A stretch of DNA of 64,000 nucleotides from Narcine bancroftii (Eukaryota): NCBI RefSeq assembly GCF_036971445.1, contig NC_091480.1, forward strand, positions 18,662,001 to 18,726,000, read 5' to 3'. The notes beneath the pieces were generated by a model. It was not told where the DNA came from. It did not search any database and was given only the letters and a program-made list of their open reading frames with translations. A program made the translations under genes and the position numbers. Shown in pieces: positions 51,053-63,046 of this stretch. Position 1 is the first letter of the stretch; each line of letters opens with the position of its first letter.

Positions 51053-52029
51053 ATGAACTTCGGATCTTTACTTTGGAAGGAGTGTTGGCAGTGGAGCTAA
51101 TGATTAATCGTTCCTGGGGAATGGGTGGACGAGAACTCAACCCAGCTTCGTTGTGCAGGCAAGGCGAGGCTTTTGGAATATTTCAGAGATTTTGTTTAGA
51201 AAACATTTTAAAAGAATTCGCAATGAGATGATTTGTGCTGAAAAGTTTCCTGGCCTTCGGGCAGATCACCAAGTAAGGATTCCCTTCCCCTCCCCCCACT
51301 TACCTTATCTGTGCGGGAGTGTCGGTGAGATCACAATGTGGACGGCCCTGCTTGGTCCGAGGCGTGATCTTGCCCAGTTGTGAAATAAATGATATCTATT
51401 TACCAAGTTTGTTTGACTTTTAAATGTCATCGACCACATTTCTTGTCGACTCGTATACATGGGGGGGGGGGGGGGTAGACTTTTAATAGCAGTATCTTTT
51501 AATGAATGATATTTGGTCTAACTGTGCAACTTAATAAGGCAATAAAACCAATCAAGAGGTGTATAATTGTATCTAAAAATTGTTTAAGTTCTTTGCACAA
51601 TTTTTGTGCATAGAAAATGGGGATAATATTTCTTGAGCAAAAATAAGATAGCAAGGCTCCAACACAAGGTGCTCAAATGGGATGGTGTCCTCAAAATCTT
51701 CAGTGAATCTCGTTCAGAATCATTATCACCTGCAAATAATATGTGTAACGCTTTTCTTATCTAAAAGAACATTTCTGAGTAGTCTGAGAGTACAAGTCAT
51801 TCCTTCCCCCCTATTTTATCTTAGGCTTGAACCAGAAAACATTCAATTGACCATTTCCACCCGTGGATGCTGTTCAACCTGCTGAGTTTCTCCATCAATT
51901 CTTTGTCGTTTCAAAGTACTTCGCTGGAGGTTACCATAAACCTGTAAGAGAAGGGGATTAATTAAGGAGAGCATCATTTCCTCCATTCTAATTTAGTTGT
52001 GGTAACAATGAATGAAGCAGAGCAATGCA

Positions 52030-52560
52030 TGCACATTGTCCAACCTAATCTACTGCATTTGGTCACTTTCTCTGCATTGGTGAGATCAAACAATGGTCGA
52101 GTGAACACTTTGGCGAGCACTTGTGCTCTGTCTGTGGGTCCATGCTAGCACTCTCAGTTAACCGTTTTAATTTCCCAAGTAATCCCACAGATAAGGCTCT
52201 CTTCAGCCTCATCCATTGCAAGGGCAAGGCCAGGTGTAAACTTGTGCAGCAACAATCATGTGGATGATTGGATCTCCAGGATGAACATTGATTTTCTAAT
52301 TTTAGGTTAACCCCCATCTCCATCTGGTTCCTCTGCTTTCTTCTTTCTTTCTAACCCTGTCAGTTCACTCTCACTCTACCTGTCTCTCCACCTTTCCTTC
52401 TTTCTATCCAATGTCCTCTTAGCATCTTTTTCCAACTTCTTCCCTCCTCTTCTCTCTGGACATACTTAATATCAACCCTTCCTGACCCAAAATGTTAACT
52501 GACCATTTCTACCCATTGACTTTGCCTAGCCCACGGCCTGACCTTCTCATTGTTTGATGC
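52030..52560 (+). mobile_element. Penelope-like element remnant
   Basis: GIY-YIG-type IGEIKQ...FGEH remnant followed by GGATGAACATTGATTTTCT and a pyrimidine-rich tail. Confidence 0.55.
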
Positions 52561-53950
52561 TTGTGTTGGAACAGGATAGTAATTCATGTTATAATTTGTT
52601 TCTGTTTCTATCACAATGGGGATGTATTTAACATTGAAATAATTTGAAGGAAATATATCAAAGTGGTTTCTCTGATTCTGTACTTTGAGTAACATGGATA
52701 CGTTGAACATAGGAACATTGAAAGAAAAAAGACCACATACTGTGAATTGATAGCATACAATTTTGCGCTTATTAAACAGAAATGAAATCGTATTTTGTGT
52801 ATCGACGCCCTCACTGTGTTGTTCCTGGCAACTGATTTTCTTGTGTTTCCCAGCTCAAGTAATGCAATAGTTTCCAAGGCCATCACAACAGATCTGTTCA
52901 CATCCTTGACGGACATCTGTGCTGGTAAACCAATAGCTATGGTCACCAATAGAAATTCAAGTTGGATTTTCATCTTTGGATCCAGAGATACTATTGTATT
53001 CCCGTTGGCAATTGATTATATTCTACCTGTATTTTATTAGGTCTCTGTGACTGATCTATCACTCAAGAAAAAATCAGACTTTAACTTTAAATTATAATGA
53101 AAATAATCCAGAGGTTGGGAGGAGATTCTGCAAATACACTGATATTTTTTCCAGTGGGTTGAATCCCTCTGTGAAGATATCATTAGTTGCTGACAGTTGC
53201 ATTCCAGTGTGATTATTTTCTATTCATTCATGGGATGTGAGTGTTATGGGCAAGCTGTTATTTCCCATCCTTGAGGTTCCATAAACATCTCTATTTTCAA
53301 CGTTGGCAAAGCCCATTTGGAGGGTACAAGGGATAAAGCTTGAAGAGCTGAATTCTATCTGGTGAAGATACTTCCACTATGTTGTGAGGGATCCTGGCGG
53401 TTTGGCTCAGTAATGATTAAAAACAATTACTATAATTTGGTGTATTTCCCAATCAGCTAGGCATTTAACTTGGAGGAGAAGTTGAGGTGCCAACTTCGTC
53501 ATTTACCTGCAGCCCTTGACCTTGAGAAGTGCCATTGAAGAAACCTGGCTGATTCACTACAATACAACTTGAAGATGGCAGATCGAAATGCAAAGTGTCT
53601 GAGCATATATTCACGTGCAGTGACTCCATTAGGCTGGGAATGCCTGTTTCTGGAGAGAGTCTGTTTCTGGAGAGCCTCATCCCATCTTCCAGTATTTGGT
53701 CTTCAACACCTCAAGTCAGTATTCCACAACATGTCCACATACTCTTTAAATGTGATGTGTTTCTGCTTCTCTTCCGCTTTCCAGACCCATTCTGCCCTCT
53801 GGTTAGTAACATTTTCACCTCATTATTAATCATTCATTCAATTAGTTTAAATCTACTTTTTAGTCACTCTGCTCTGACCAATAGAATTTAACTCTGCTTG
53901 TCCCCTCTTAATATTATACCGCTCAGTGAAATCTCCCCTCAATCTCCTAT

Positions 53951-54125
53951 TGTGACGATACGCTGCGGTACATCACTTGGCCAACAGGTGGCCTAGAGAC
54001 ACAGCACGCGGCCTAATGACATCCGACCACCAGGTGGGCCCAAAGGGCCTATGGTATAAAGCCGAGATCCTGACTGTGTGCTCTCTCTCTTTCCCCCAGG
54101 ATCACTGTAAGCACAGCGAGCAGCC
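53951..54125 (+). mobile_element. Partial LTR-like fragment
   Basis: TGTGACG start, CpG-rich relative to its flanks, GGTATAAAGCC TATA box. Confidence 0.4.
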
Positions 54126-54199
54126 AACTAGATATTTATGTGAGTGGAATAATGCTGTGTTGCTCCAAACAGTATTGTGCCTGTGTTTTCCTTTGGCAC

Positions 54200-54990
54200 A
54201 GCCTGCCACACCTATATTCCAAAGAAAACACACAATTTATCCAATGCAAGAGTACTGCATTCAGTGTGGCTTCCTCTACTTTGGCGAGACTAAGCACAGA
54301 GAAAGTGACTGATTTGCAGAGGAACTGCCCTCTATCTGCAATGTCCATCATGAGCTCCAGGTTGCATGCCATTTCAAGCCTCCTCCCTCTCTGTCCTCAT
54401 TCTTCTCCATTGCCAGAGAGAAACCAACTGCAAACTAGACGAACCACACCTCCTATCTGCCTGGGTAACTCTCCAATCCACTAGTATAAGCATTGAATTC
54501 TACACTGCAGGTGAACCTTCCCTCTGTGTTTCCCCCTCTTTCTTTCCTTTCCATGGTCCAGTTTTTGTTTCCTTTCCCATGTGCCCTGTTGCCCTTCACT
54601 CATTTCTCCCCTTGCTCTCCTGGTTCGAAATACTGACACATAACACCCACCGGATCCCCTCCCTTTTCTTGTTCCATCTGCCCATCTCTCCCTTAAATGA
54701 TTTTCATTATCCTGCCTTATCATATTCCAACACTTGCAGCCTTTGTTTCCCCACCAGCCTCTGTAACCACCTTCAGACATCCCTTTCCCTTTATCCCTTG
54801 AATGGTTCCATCTGTCATCCACCTGCCTCTGTCTCTCAACTCGACTCTACCTCTCCCCACCTTGTCCCATCATTCCTCACCCCTCCTTGGTCCACATAGG
54901 ACCTACTCAGATGCCCATGTCTCACCCCTTCCTCCTCTCCTTTTCATATTGGCTTCCTTTCCTCTGTTTTCAGTATTAATGCAGTCCTGT
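54200..54990 (+). mobile_element. Penelope-like element remnant
   Basis: YCIQCGFLYFGETKHR GIY-YIG remnant, CKLDEPHLL, pyrimidine-rich 3' part. Confidence 0.6.
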
Positions 54991-56029
54991 AACACATAAG
55001 CAACTATGGATGCCGACGGCCAGTGCCATAGGAAGAGATGCGTTGTCACAGAGGCATTTTTTTTTAAAAAGCTGAAATGCAATAATTTGTGTGCAAAATA
55101 CCTCATGGTTTTATACAAAGCACAGAAGACTGTACTCCCAATATATTTCTTCCAGCAAACACCACCAAAAATAAATGAACTGTTTAAGTCATCTGACTGA
55201 CAAGTACAGGATTTATCTTTGCATAAAAAGTCTGATGTAACTGCATTTCATTGTATGTAAAGAAAGACACGTTACTGAGAAGTGTCATAATATATATAAT
55301 GCCTTTCTAATGGAGTGTTCAGTGTTGAAACGTTATGTCATTCAATATGGCATTAATAAGAGCATGCAAGCTATAATAAGCTGAGACCAAATTGTAATGT
55401 TTACCTGACAAAAGAGAATGAAGCAAAATGAGGATCATATGATCAGTGTTGCTAAGCTTTGTCTCCAACACTCAGTAACTAAGATGCTCAGATTACACTC
55501 TCCCAGGTGCTTTTTGCACCTATTGTATTCCCAGCTCTTGCCTGACATGGTCTGTAGGGACAATCAATGTACAGAATTTCCCAGTGACCTGTTAGAATGA
55601 AACGACATAACCATTGATTGTCTTTTATAGCACAAAAATAATCATTACGTGCCCTGTGATGATTCAATTCATGGAGACGTTGTGTGACTCTTACACTGAG
55701 TTACAAAACCGAAGTATAAACAACAATGACCGTTTCTGCAGACTTGGTTTAAGTTATCAGCATTTACCATGAAGTATCTGGCACAGTTTGGTGTGATCAT
55801 GTAAAAATTTATTTTCAGGTCAACATGTTGACAAGTAAATGTGCGAACATCCTTTCAGCAAACCCCCATCAAATTAGTACAACATCTGGTCTTCCAACTA
55901 GTCTAATAGAGTGAAATGGTCTGTTAATTTTGTAGTTTCAGATCTACTGTACATGAGTTTACAGGCTATGCATTTGCGAATGACTTGAAAGAAGCACTTT
56001 GACAGTGTAACCAACAGTGAACTTTCAGG

Positions 56030-56395
56030 ATCACACTTCTCAGAATCAGAATTTATTGTCATGACCATGTCACAAAATTTGTTGTCTTGCAGCGGCTTCA
56101 CAGACAGTTAGCCACCTTACAAAATAAATAAAAATAGTGCATAAAAAGAAGTGAGGTAATATCTATGGTCCACTGAGAAATCTGGTGGCAGTGGGGAAGA
56201 AGCTGTCCTTGTGTTGCTGAGTGCTTGTATTCAGGCTCTTGTACCCTTTCCCCCATGGTAGCAGAGTGCAGAGGGCATGGCCTGGGTGGTGTAGGTCCTT
56301 GAGGATCGAGGCTGCTTTCTTTAGACACCACCCCTTGTCGATGTCCTCGACGGAGTGAAGATTGACGCCCGTGAAGTTGCAGGCCGAGTTAACAA
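56030..56395 (-). mobile_element. Rex1/Babar-like LINE 3' end
   Basis: Minus-strand GACAGCTTCTTCCCCACTGCCACCAGA (SFFPTA.R) and a (TCTGAT)-like tail. Confidence 0.55.
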
Positions 56396-57369
56396 CTACT
56401 TATTACAATGACCTCTTCCAGCAACAAGGTCACAGTATTAATTCTTTTGATAGCTTATCGTTGACACTGGAATAGCAAGTTTCAAAGTTAATGGAAGCAG
56501 AGGTAAACTAATTACCAGCCAACTGAAACACATCAGCAAAATATAAATGTGTTAAAAGTAAAAAAAAATACTTAAATAACTTAATTTAAAAATTAACAAT
56601 TAAATCTCCTATTAAAATTATAATAAAATTAATTCTAAGTGTTTTAAATTACTTTTGTTGGAGTCTGAGTTCTGTATCAAAATGCTGGATGTTATTCAGA
56701 GGTCAAATTTTATGAAATACTTCAGAAATCAAGTGATTAATGCCTGAAATGTTGATTTAGTTTGTGCTTAGATCAGTTTACCTTAGTTGTAAAGGAGATG
56801 CAGATTCTACCTGTCCAGAAATAAATTCAACAACTAAGGAAAGTGGCTGCCACTCATAAATTACAGAACTGTGGAGACTAATCTATTAAGGCACAGCACA
56901 GCGGCCAGGTTTTAGATGTAGACTGGTTCAACAGTCTAGCTCAAGGTCTTTCATAAGCCACTATTTAAAAGTGAAGTGTTTCATGGTCACTTTTGTTGGG
57001 GATCTGAAGAAGACTTTACTAGGTGGCTTCCTGGTACATTTTGCCAAAACTTCACCAATATTGTTATTAAACAATATTTATTTATTTTTATATATGTAGA
57101 TTTGCTCTTGTCTGTATGTCTGGTTGTGTGTTTGCATGTTTTTGCACTGAGGACTGGAGAATGCTGTTTTGTGGGTTGTACCTGTGCAATCAAATGATAA
57201 ATACATTTGAACATGACCATTTTTATAGACTGAGCTAAAAGATCAGTCTTTCAAACTCTTTTTTTTATTCTCAATTGTTTTCTGGAGAAATTGAGGTCGT
57301 AGCATCATGACCATAATAATCAAGATTAGTTCAAGACACTTCATTAGATGTTGGCATTATACTAATACA

Positions 57370-57870
57370 ATAAAATAAAGATTTTGCTTCCAGAACACTT
57401 TTGGATGTATTTTATGGATTTTGGGCTGCTGATCATGAAAACCACCTTAAAATTTTCCTATCACGTACTGTTTTTTAGATGTAACTTATTTTTGTGATTT
57501 CCTGTCATATTTTAAATCTATTTCAAGGATACAAAACCACGAATTGCAATGTCATTGCAAATTCCTTTTCTACATTCGCACTTGAACTTCTTCACTGCTG
57601 ATCTTGGTGCAGTCAGAGATGAATATGATGAAAAATTTCACCAGGACATTATGATCACAGAAAAGGAGTATCAGGGCAACTGAAACCTATCAATGCTGGC
57701 TATTGTTGAGACAGTACAAATGAAACGTGTCAGCATCATTATGCAATTAAATGTGCTAAATTCAATAGAATTTAATTTAATGTTTCTTTGTGTTCATCTT
57801 GAAGTTATCCATCATAATCCCCATTTTTTTTCAGGAAGCCAACCTTTTGAAAAAAAAATTGTCCAGTGTA
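57370..57870 (+). mobile_element. Tc1/mariner-superfamily remnant (m44-like), C-terminal transposase fragment plus right TIR
   Basis: FLHSHLNFFTADLGAVRDEYDEKFHQDIMITEKEYQG at about 57567-57680; ends AAAAAATTGTCCAGTG|TA. Confidence 0.65.
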
Positions 57871-58489
57871 ATTATAACAGAAGGTTGTAGTTTGAAGTCC
57901 TGGGAATTATGCATAGAAATCTACAATATTTATTTTTCAAAATTCGTGTCAATATGAGATAGTAATCTCTGTCCATGTCTCCTTTCTTTGGTGAACTTGA
58001 AAGTGTCCTTGAGGCTACTGTATTTTAAAATACATTTTATCTAAACAGAGTTTTTTGGACAATCATACGGCTTTTTTTGGAAGGTCGCTGTGTGTAAATT
58101 TGATGCTAACTGACTGCAACAATACCCAAATGGTTGCAAAATATACCTTGATGAAGGGCTCAAGCCCAAAAATGTTGATTATGTATCAATTAGCTCTTTT
58201 TACACAGCCACTTCCATGCTGGAATATTGCACTTTTATTGTATCATGCCTTCTGTGTAAAAGGTATGAACACAGAATGGGGGAGGTTGGGGTTGGTCATT
58301 GCAGTCCCGTCTTTAAACCGGCAGCAGAGGTACTCACGGAGCTGAATCCAGCAGCTCAGGACATGATGGGAAAGGATGTATATGTGCATCATTTTTGACT
58401 GTATTTAAGACCCCACCCACCACCCCCCTCCATTTCTTACTGCAAGCTCTCTCCCGACAGCCTGCTGCCCTGCCCTCTCTCCTGTTGAC

Positions 58490-58700
58490 CTGCTGCACTG
58501 CTCTGTTCTCTCCCCTGGTGGCCCACCTGCTGCACTGCTCTGTTCTCTCCCCTGGTGGCCCACCTGCTGCACTGCTCTGCTCTCTCCCCTGGTGGCCCAC
58601 TGCCTGCTCACCTGCTCTCTCCTGATGGCCCGCTCTTTCTCCTGGCGGCCTCCTGCCTGCTCTCTCTGGTGGCCCGATGTCCCACTCTCTCCCTGTGGCC
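58490..58700 (+). repeat. 37-bp minisatellite (CTGCTGCACTGCTCTGTTCTCTCCCCTGGTGGCCCAC), about 3 good copies plus degenerate ones
   Basis: Copies at 58490, 58527 and 58564. Confidence 0.85.
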
Positions 58701-59172
58701 TGCCGTCTTGATCTCTCCCAGCTGTCTGCTGTTGGTCCCCGTACTGCCCTTCTCTCTCATGGGGCGGGGTGGTGGGACCACTGTAGGGACCGACAGTTGG
58801 CCTCCTGGAGAGTCAATCGACAGCCTACCGCCCCGCTTTCCCTTGACAGCCCATCAATAGATAACGCTAATGCTAGTGAGCCACACAGCAACGATGATCA
58901 CAGTTGGCATTCCATTATCATCCATTTTTTGTTGCCATCGAATATGTCACACTAGGCACCGATGCTGTTGTTTACACATCCTGCCTCTCTTCCTCCTGGA
59001 ACTCGGCCCAGCATGATGCTGGCGTTTTTTGGCTCAGTATAAACAAGCAAAGCCAGCCTGATTGACGGTCTTCTTTACAGCAGTATTGCTGGATTTTCTG
59101 CATAAAAAGTTTGCTCCACAAACGACACTGAGTTTTTACTTGTGGCAAAATACTTCGAGCTGACTTAAAGAC

Positions 59173-59398
59173 AGGATCAGGGACGATAATAAATGTACAT
59201 CTGTGGTTAATGTTGTCCAGGCCACGTGGAGACGGGGAGTCCAGGCATCCTGGTTGGACACGTTGGATTTCCCAGAGATTCATGAGGATCAGGGACGATA
59301 ATAAATGTACATCTGTGGTTAATGTTGTCCAGGCCACGTGGAGACGGGGAGTCCAGGCATCCTGGTTGGACACGTTGGATTTCCCAGAGATTCATGAG
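59173..59398 (+). repeat. Perfect 112-bp tandem duplication upstream of RRN3
   Basis: Copies start at 59173 and 59285; each contains GCCACGTGG. Confidence 0.93.
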
Positions 59399-59499
59399 TC
59401 AAAGGTGTCATTTCTCGTCCAAACTGCTGATGCAGGCGAGCTATGATAAAACGGTCATCGACTTAAAAGTATTTCCTCCTTCTCCCTTCGCTGAAAGAT

Positions 59500-59820
59500 C
59501 CCAGAAAATTCCGTTTGACCATTTGTATCCACGAGCCGCCGAAACCCCTCGCCGAGCAGCCACCATCTTGCTTCCGGCCCGGAGAAGTCCTTCCGGAGGA
59601 GGTGCTAGTGCTTCCGGGGCAAGAGCATGGCGCTGCTGGCAGGAGGCTCTGTTGGCAGCGGATAACTGGCGTGTGGCTGCAGAGTGGCCCGTTCCTGGTA
59701 CGTGGCACGGCGGCACCCGGTGTCTCTTGACTCGGGGAGTGTGTGAAGAACTGGGGGCCCCGAATTGGGCGGAGGGCGCTTCGGGAGCCGTGTTCCCAGC
59801 CGCTTGCGGACCCCATCTCT
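59500..59820 (+). promoter_or_regulatory. RRN3: CpG-island promoter and putative exon 1 of RRN3 (donor at 59697|gtacgt)
   Basis: Three CTTCCGG ETS motifs (about 59571, 59590, 59611), a YY1-like GCCACCATCTT, and donor CTG|gtacgt. It is the nearest CpG island upstream of the RRN3 coding exons. Confidence 0.7.
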
Positions 59821-59884
59821 TCCTTCTTCCCCCACCCCATCTTCCCTCCCTCTCCTCTCTCCCCCTCACCCCCACCCCTTCCCT

Positions 59885-61025
59885 CTGCCCCCCTCACCAT
59901 CCTCCCTCCCTTCTGTCCCCCTCGCCATCCTCCCACCCTTCTGTCCCCCACACCATCCTCCCTCCCTTCAGTCCCCCTCGCCATCCTCCCTCCCTTCGGT
60001 CCCCCTCGCCATCCTCCCTCCCTTCTGTCCCCCTCGCCATCCTCCCACCCTTCTGTCCCCCACACCATCCTCCCTCCCTTCGGTCCCCCTCGCCATCCTC
60101 CCTCCCTTCGGTCCCCCTCGCCATCCTCCCTCCCTTCGGTCCCCCTCGCCATCCCCCTCCCTTCGGTCCCCCTCGCCATCCTCCCTCCCTTCGGTCCCCC
60201 CTCGCCATCCTCCCTCCCTTCGGTCCCCCCTCGCCATCCTCCCTCCCTTCGGTCCCCCTCGCCATCCTCCCTCCCTTCGGTCCCCCTCGCCATCCTCCCT
60301 CCCTTCGGTCCCCCCTCGCCATCCTCCCTCCCTTCGGTCCCCCTCGCCATCCTCCCTCCCTTCGGTCCCCCTCGCCATCCTCCCTCCCTTCTGTCCCCCT
60401 CGCCATCCTCCCTCCCTTCGGTCCCCCTCGCCATCCTCCCTCCCTTCGGTCCCCCTCGCCATCCTCCCTCCCTTCGGTCCCCCTCGCCATCCTCCCTCCC
60501 TTCGGTCCCCCTCGCCATCCTCCCTCCCTTCGGTCCCCCTCGCCATCCTCCCTCCCTTCGGTCCCCCTCGCCATCCTCCCTCCCTTCGGTCCCCCTCGCC
60601 ATCCTCCCTCCCTTCGGTCCCCCTCGCCATCCTCCCTCCCTTCGGTCCCCCTCGCCATCCTCCCTCCCTTCGGTCCCCCTCGCCATCCTCCCTCCCTTCG
60701 GTCCCCCTCGCCATCCTCCCTCCCTTCGGTCCCCCTCGCCATCCTCCCTCCCTTCGGTCCCCCTCGCCATCCTCCCTCCCTTCGGTCCCCCTCGCCATCC
60801 TCCCTCCCTTCGGTCCCCCTCGCCATCCTCCCTCCCTTCGGTCCCCCTCGCCATCCTCCCTCCCTTCGGTCCCCCTCGCCATCCTCCCTCCCTTCGGTCC
60901 CCCTCGCCATCCTCCCTCCCTTCGGTCCCCCTCGCCATCCTCCCTCCCTTCGGTCCCCCTCGACATCCTCCCTCCCTTCGGTCCCCCTCGCCACCCTCCC
61001 TCCCTTCGGTCCCCTTCGCCATCTT
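59885..61025 (+). repeat. 28-bp C-rich minisatellite (CCATCCTCCCTCCCTTCGGTCCCCCTCG), about 40 copies, RRN3 intron 1
   Basis: 28-bp period (60486, 60514); flanked by C-rich low-complexity sequence from about 59810 to 61270. Confidence 0.97.
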
Positions 61026-62079
61026 TTCCCTCCCCTCCCTCCCTCCCCTCTATCCCGCTCACTCCCACCCCATCTTCCCTCCCTCCCCTCTGTCCCCTTC
61101 ACCAATCTTCCCTCTCTTCACCCCCCCGTCCCGCCTCTGCCACCCCCGTCCCCCTCTGCTCCCTCGTCTCCCCTATTCCTCTGCCCCCTCCTGCTATCCT
61201 GCCACTCCCCACCCTCTCTCACCTTCCCTATCCTCCTCCTGCTATCCTGCCAACCCCCTCCATCTCCCCACCATCACTTTGTTGATGAACGAAGGTGTGA
61301 GCGTAGCTAGAGTACATAGTTACTGCCTTCTCATTTTGGACAGGAGTAGTTTCAAACAGGCTTAATGATGCTTTGACAAATTGTTTCTAATTATCATTGT
61401 TCTCCAGAGTTTAACATTAATCCTTAACATAGTTGATAATTTAGAGAAATTTAATATGATCAAATCACACTTGGCAACTTTTCTAGAGTTCTTTGAAGTT
61501 GTAAACAAGTCAAACTGATAGAGAAGAACCTGTAGAAATAATTTATTTGGGTGTCCAGAAGACATTTGACTGTAAAGTACATGCTTTCTTTTCACTTACC
61601 AAAGATGTTCACTTTGTTAAATGGCTGGAGTCAATGTCCCCTAGTGTGGATGGGTGGTAGAATCTTGGGGTGGGTGGGAGTTAAATGAGGGGAAAATGGA
61701 GTTATGCTGTGAGCCAGCATGGATTAAGGGCATGTTGAAATAGTGTGAGCTCAGTACATGAAGAATTATCTGATGAAGTAGCCAAATAAAAAGGGAAACT
61801 GTGAGAAAATAAGCCATTGTAGGAAATTCTTTGTCTAAATCAGCAGGAGCGAGTGTTTTGATCCTATACATATCCTAATTTGGGATCAAACCTATAATCG
61901 AGATAGAGTCAGAAGAAGTCGTGTTGAATTAAGGAAAGGTAGGTTGGACTGTGATTTGAAAATACTGAAAGATGGGTTTATTGAGTAAAAGGTTATGTAG
62001 AAGATTTGTAAAGGGAAAGAGGAAGCTGTTTACAGCAGATAAATAATTGTTTCTAATTTCCTGAAGGGTTTCATTGACA

Positions 62080-62172
62080 ATGCTGAGTGAGAATGAATTC
62101 TTGAGTTCCCCACCAAGGAAAACTGTTCGATTTGGTGGAACCGTTTCAGAAACCTTAAAGAAGTATAAACAG
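62080..62172 (+). CDS. RRN3: RRN3 (TIF-IA) first uninterrupted coding exon (exon starts 62067)
   Basis: MLSENEFLSSPPRKTVRFGGTVSETLKKYKQ |gtaact matches RRN3 SPPRKTVRFGGTV; acceptor ctgaag at 62066. Confidence 0.93.
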
Positions 62173-62255
62173 GTAACTATTTAATATTGGAATAAGCAAA
62201 CGGCAAATTTTATTGCCTTTTTTGACATTTAATTTGAATCGTGTTTTTCTCTTAG

Positions 62256-62312
62256 GGAGATACCACAGATTACGATTTGTTGATGACTCAGTTGGTTGAT
62301 CCAGAAATAAAG
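62256..62312 (+). CDS. RRN3: RRN3 coding exon
   Basis: cttag| GDTTDYDLLMTQLVDPEIK |gtaatc; 57 nt. Confidence 0.95.
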
Positions 62313-62752
62313 GTAATCAAAAAAAATTGTTATTTAATTTTTCTTGTATAGTGTAAATATAGAGCAAATGTCTGATCTAACTTTTAAACGAAGCACATTG
62401 AGACTTCCCAAGCTGATCACAGATGCCATTGTTTCATTATAACTGCCTATTTTTCAAGCTCTGCAGTTTTGGTAAGCTCCTTGCAAAAATTGGACGGGGC
62501 CACCGCGCTCATTACTCACTTCGTTTGTTCAAGTTGGATGTGACATTTTCTTAATGACTTTTTACAGTTCTTCTTGGTCACTAATTTGCTGCAAAACATT
62601 TCTAATCAGAAGATGATTTTCGTGTTGTACGAATAGAATTTTTCTTTTAACTCATCAGTATGTGAGCAGAATTTAGATTAACTGATTAAATATCTGTTTT
62701 TAAATTGTTAGATTTTGAAATGTATATTTATTGCATATGTTTTGTTTCTCAG

Positions 62753-62842
62753 GATGATCAGCTAATCAATTGGCTTCAGGAATTCCGTGCCTGTGTCGCA
62801 CAGTTGACAAAAGATTTTGAATATCTTGTTAGCAAAATATTG
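62753..62842 (+). CDS. RRN3: RRN3 coding exon (GC donor)
   Basis: tctcag| DDQLINWLQEFRACVAQLTKDFEYLVSKIL |gcaagt; 90 nt, phase 0. Confidence 0.92.
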
Positions 62843-63046
62843 GCAAGTTTTTTCAGATTTTCTTTCATTGATCTTTTATGTGCACAAAGAAGACTTTTGG
62901 TTTACTTTATTGCAGATTAACTTTTATCAATGACTTCATTGTGTAATCTGCCATTTTCTTCATGACTTAGACCAGATTTGCTTGAGTTAACATAAAATTT
63001 GGAATCCTAAACAAACCCCTTATCTAATTTCTTAAATAAATTTCAG

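Noticed and set aside
59322-61365. Long Pro-rich and Gly/Arg-rich ORFs of 366-662 aa on both strands
   Set aside because: Translations of the stop-free 28-bp minisatellite in RRN3 intron 1.
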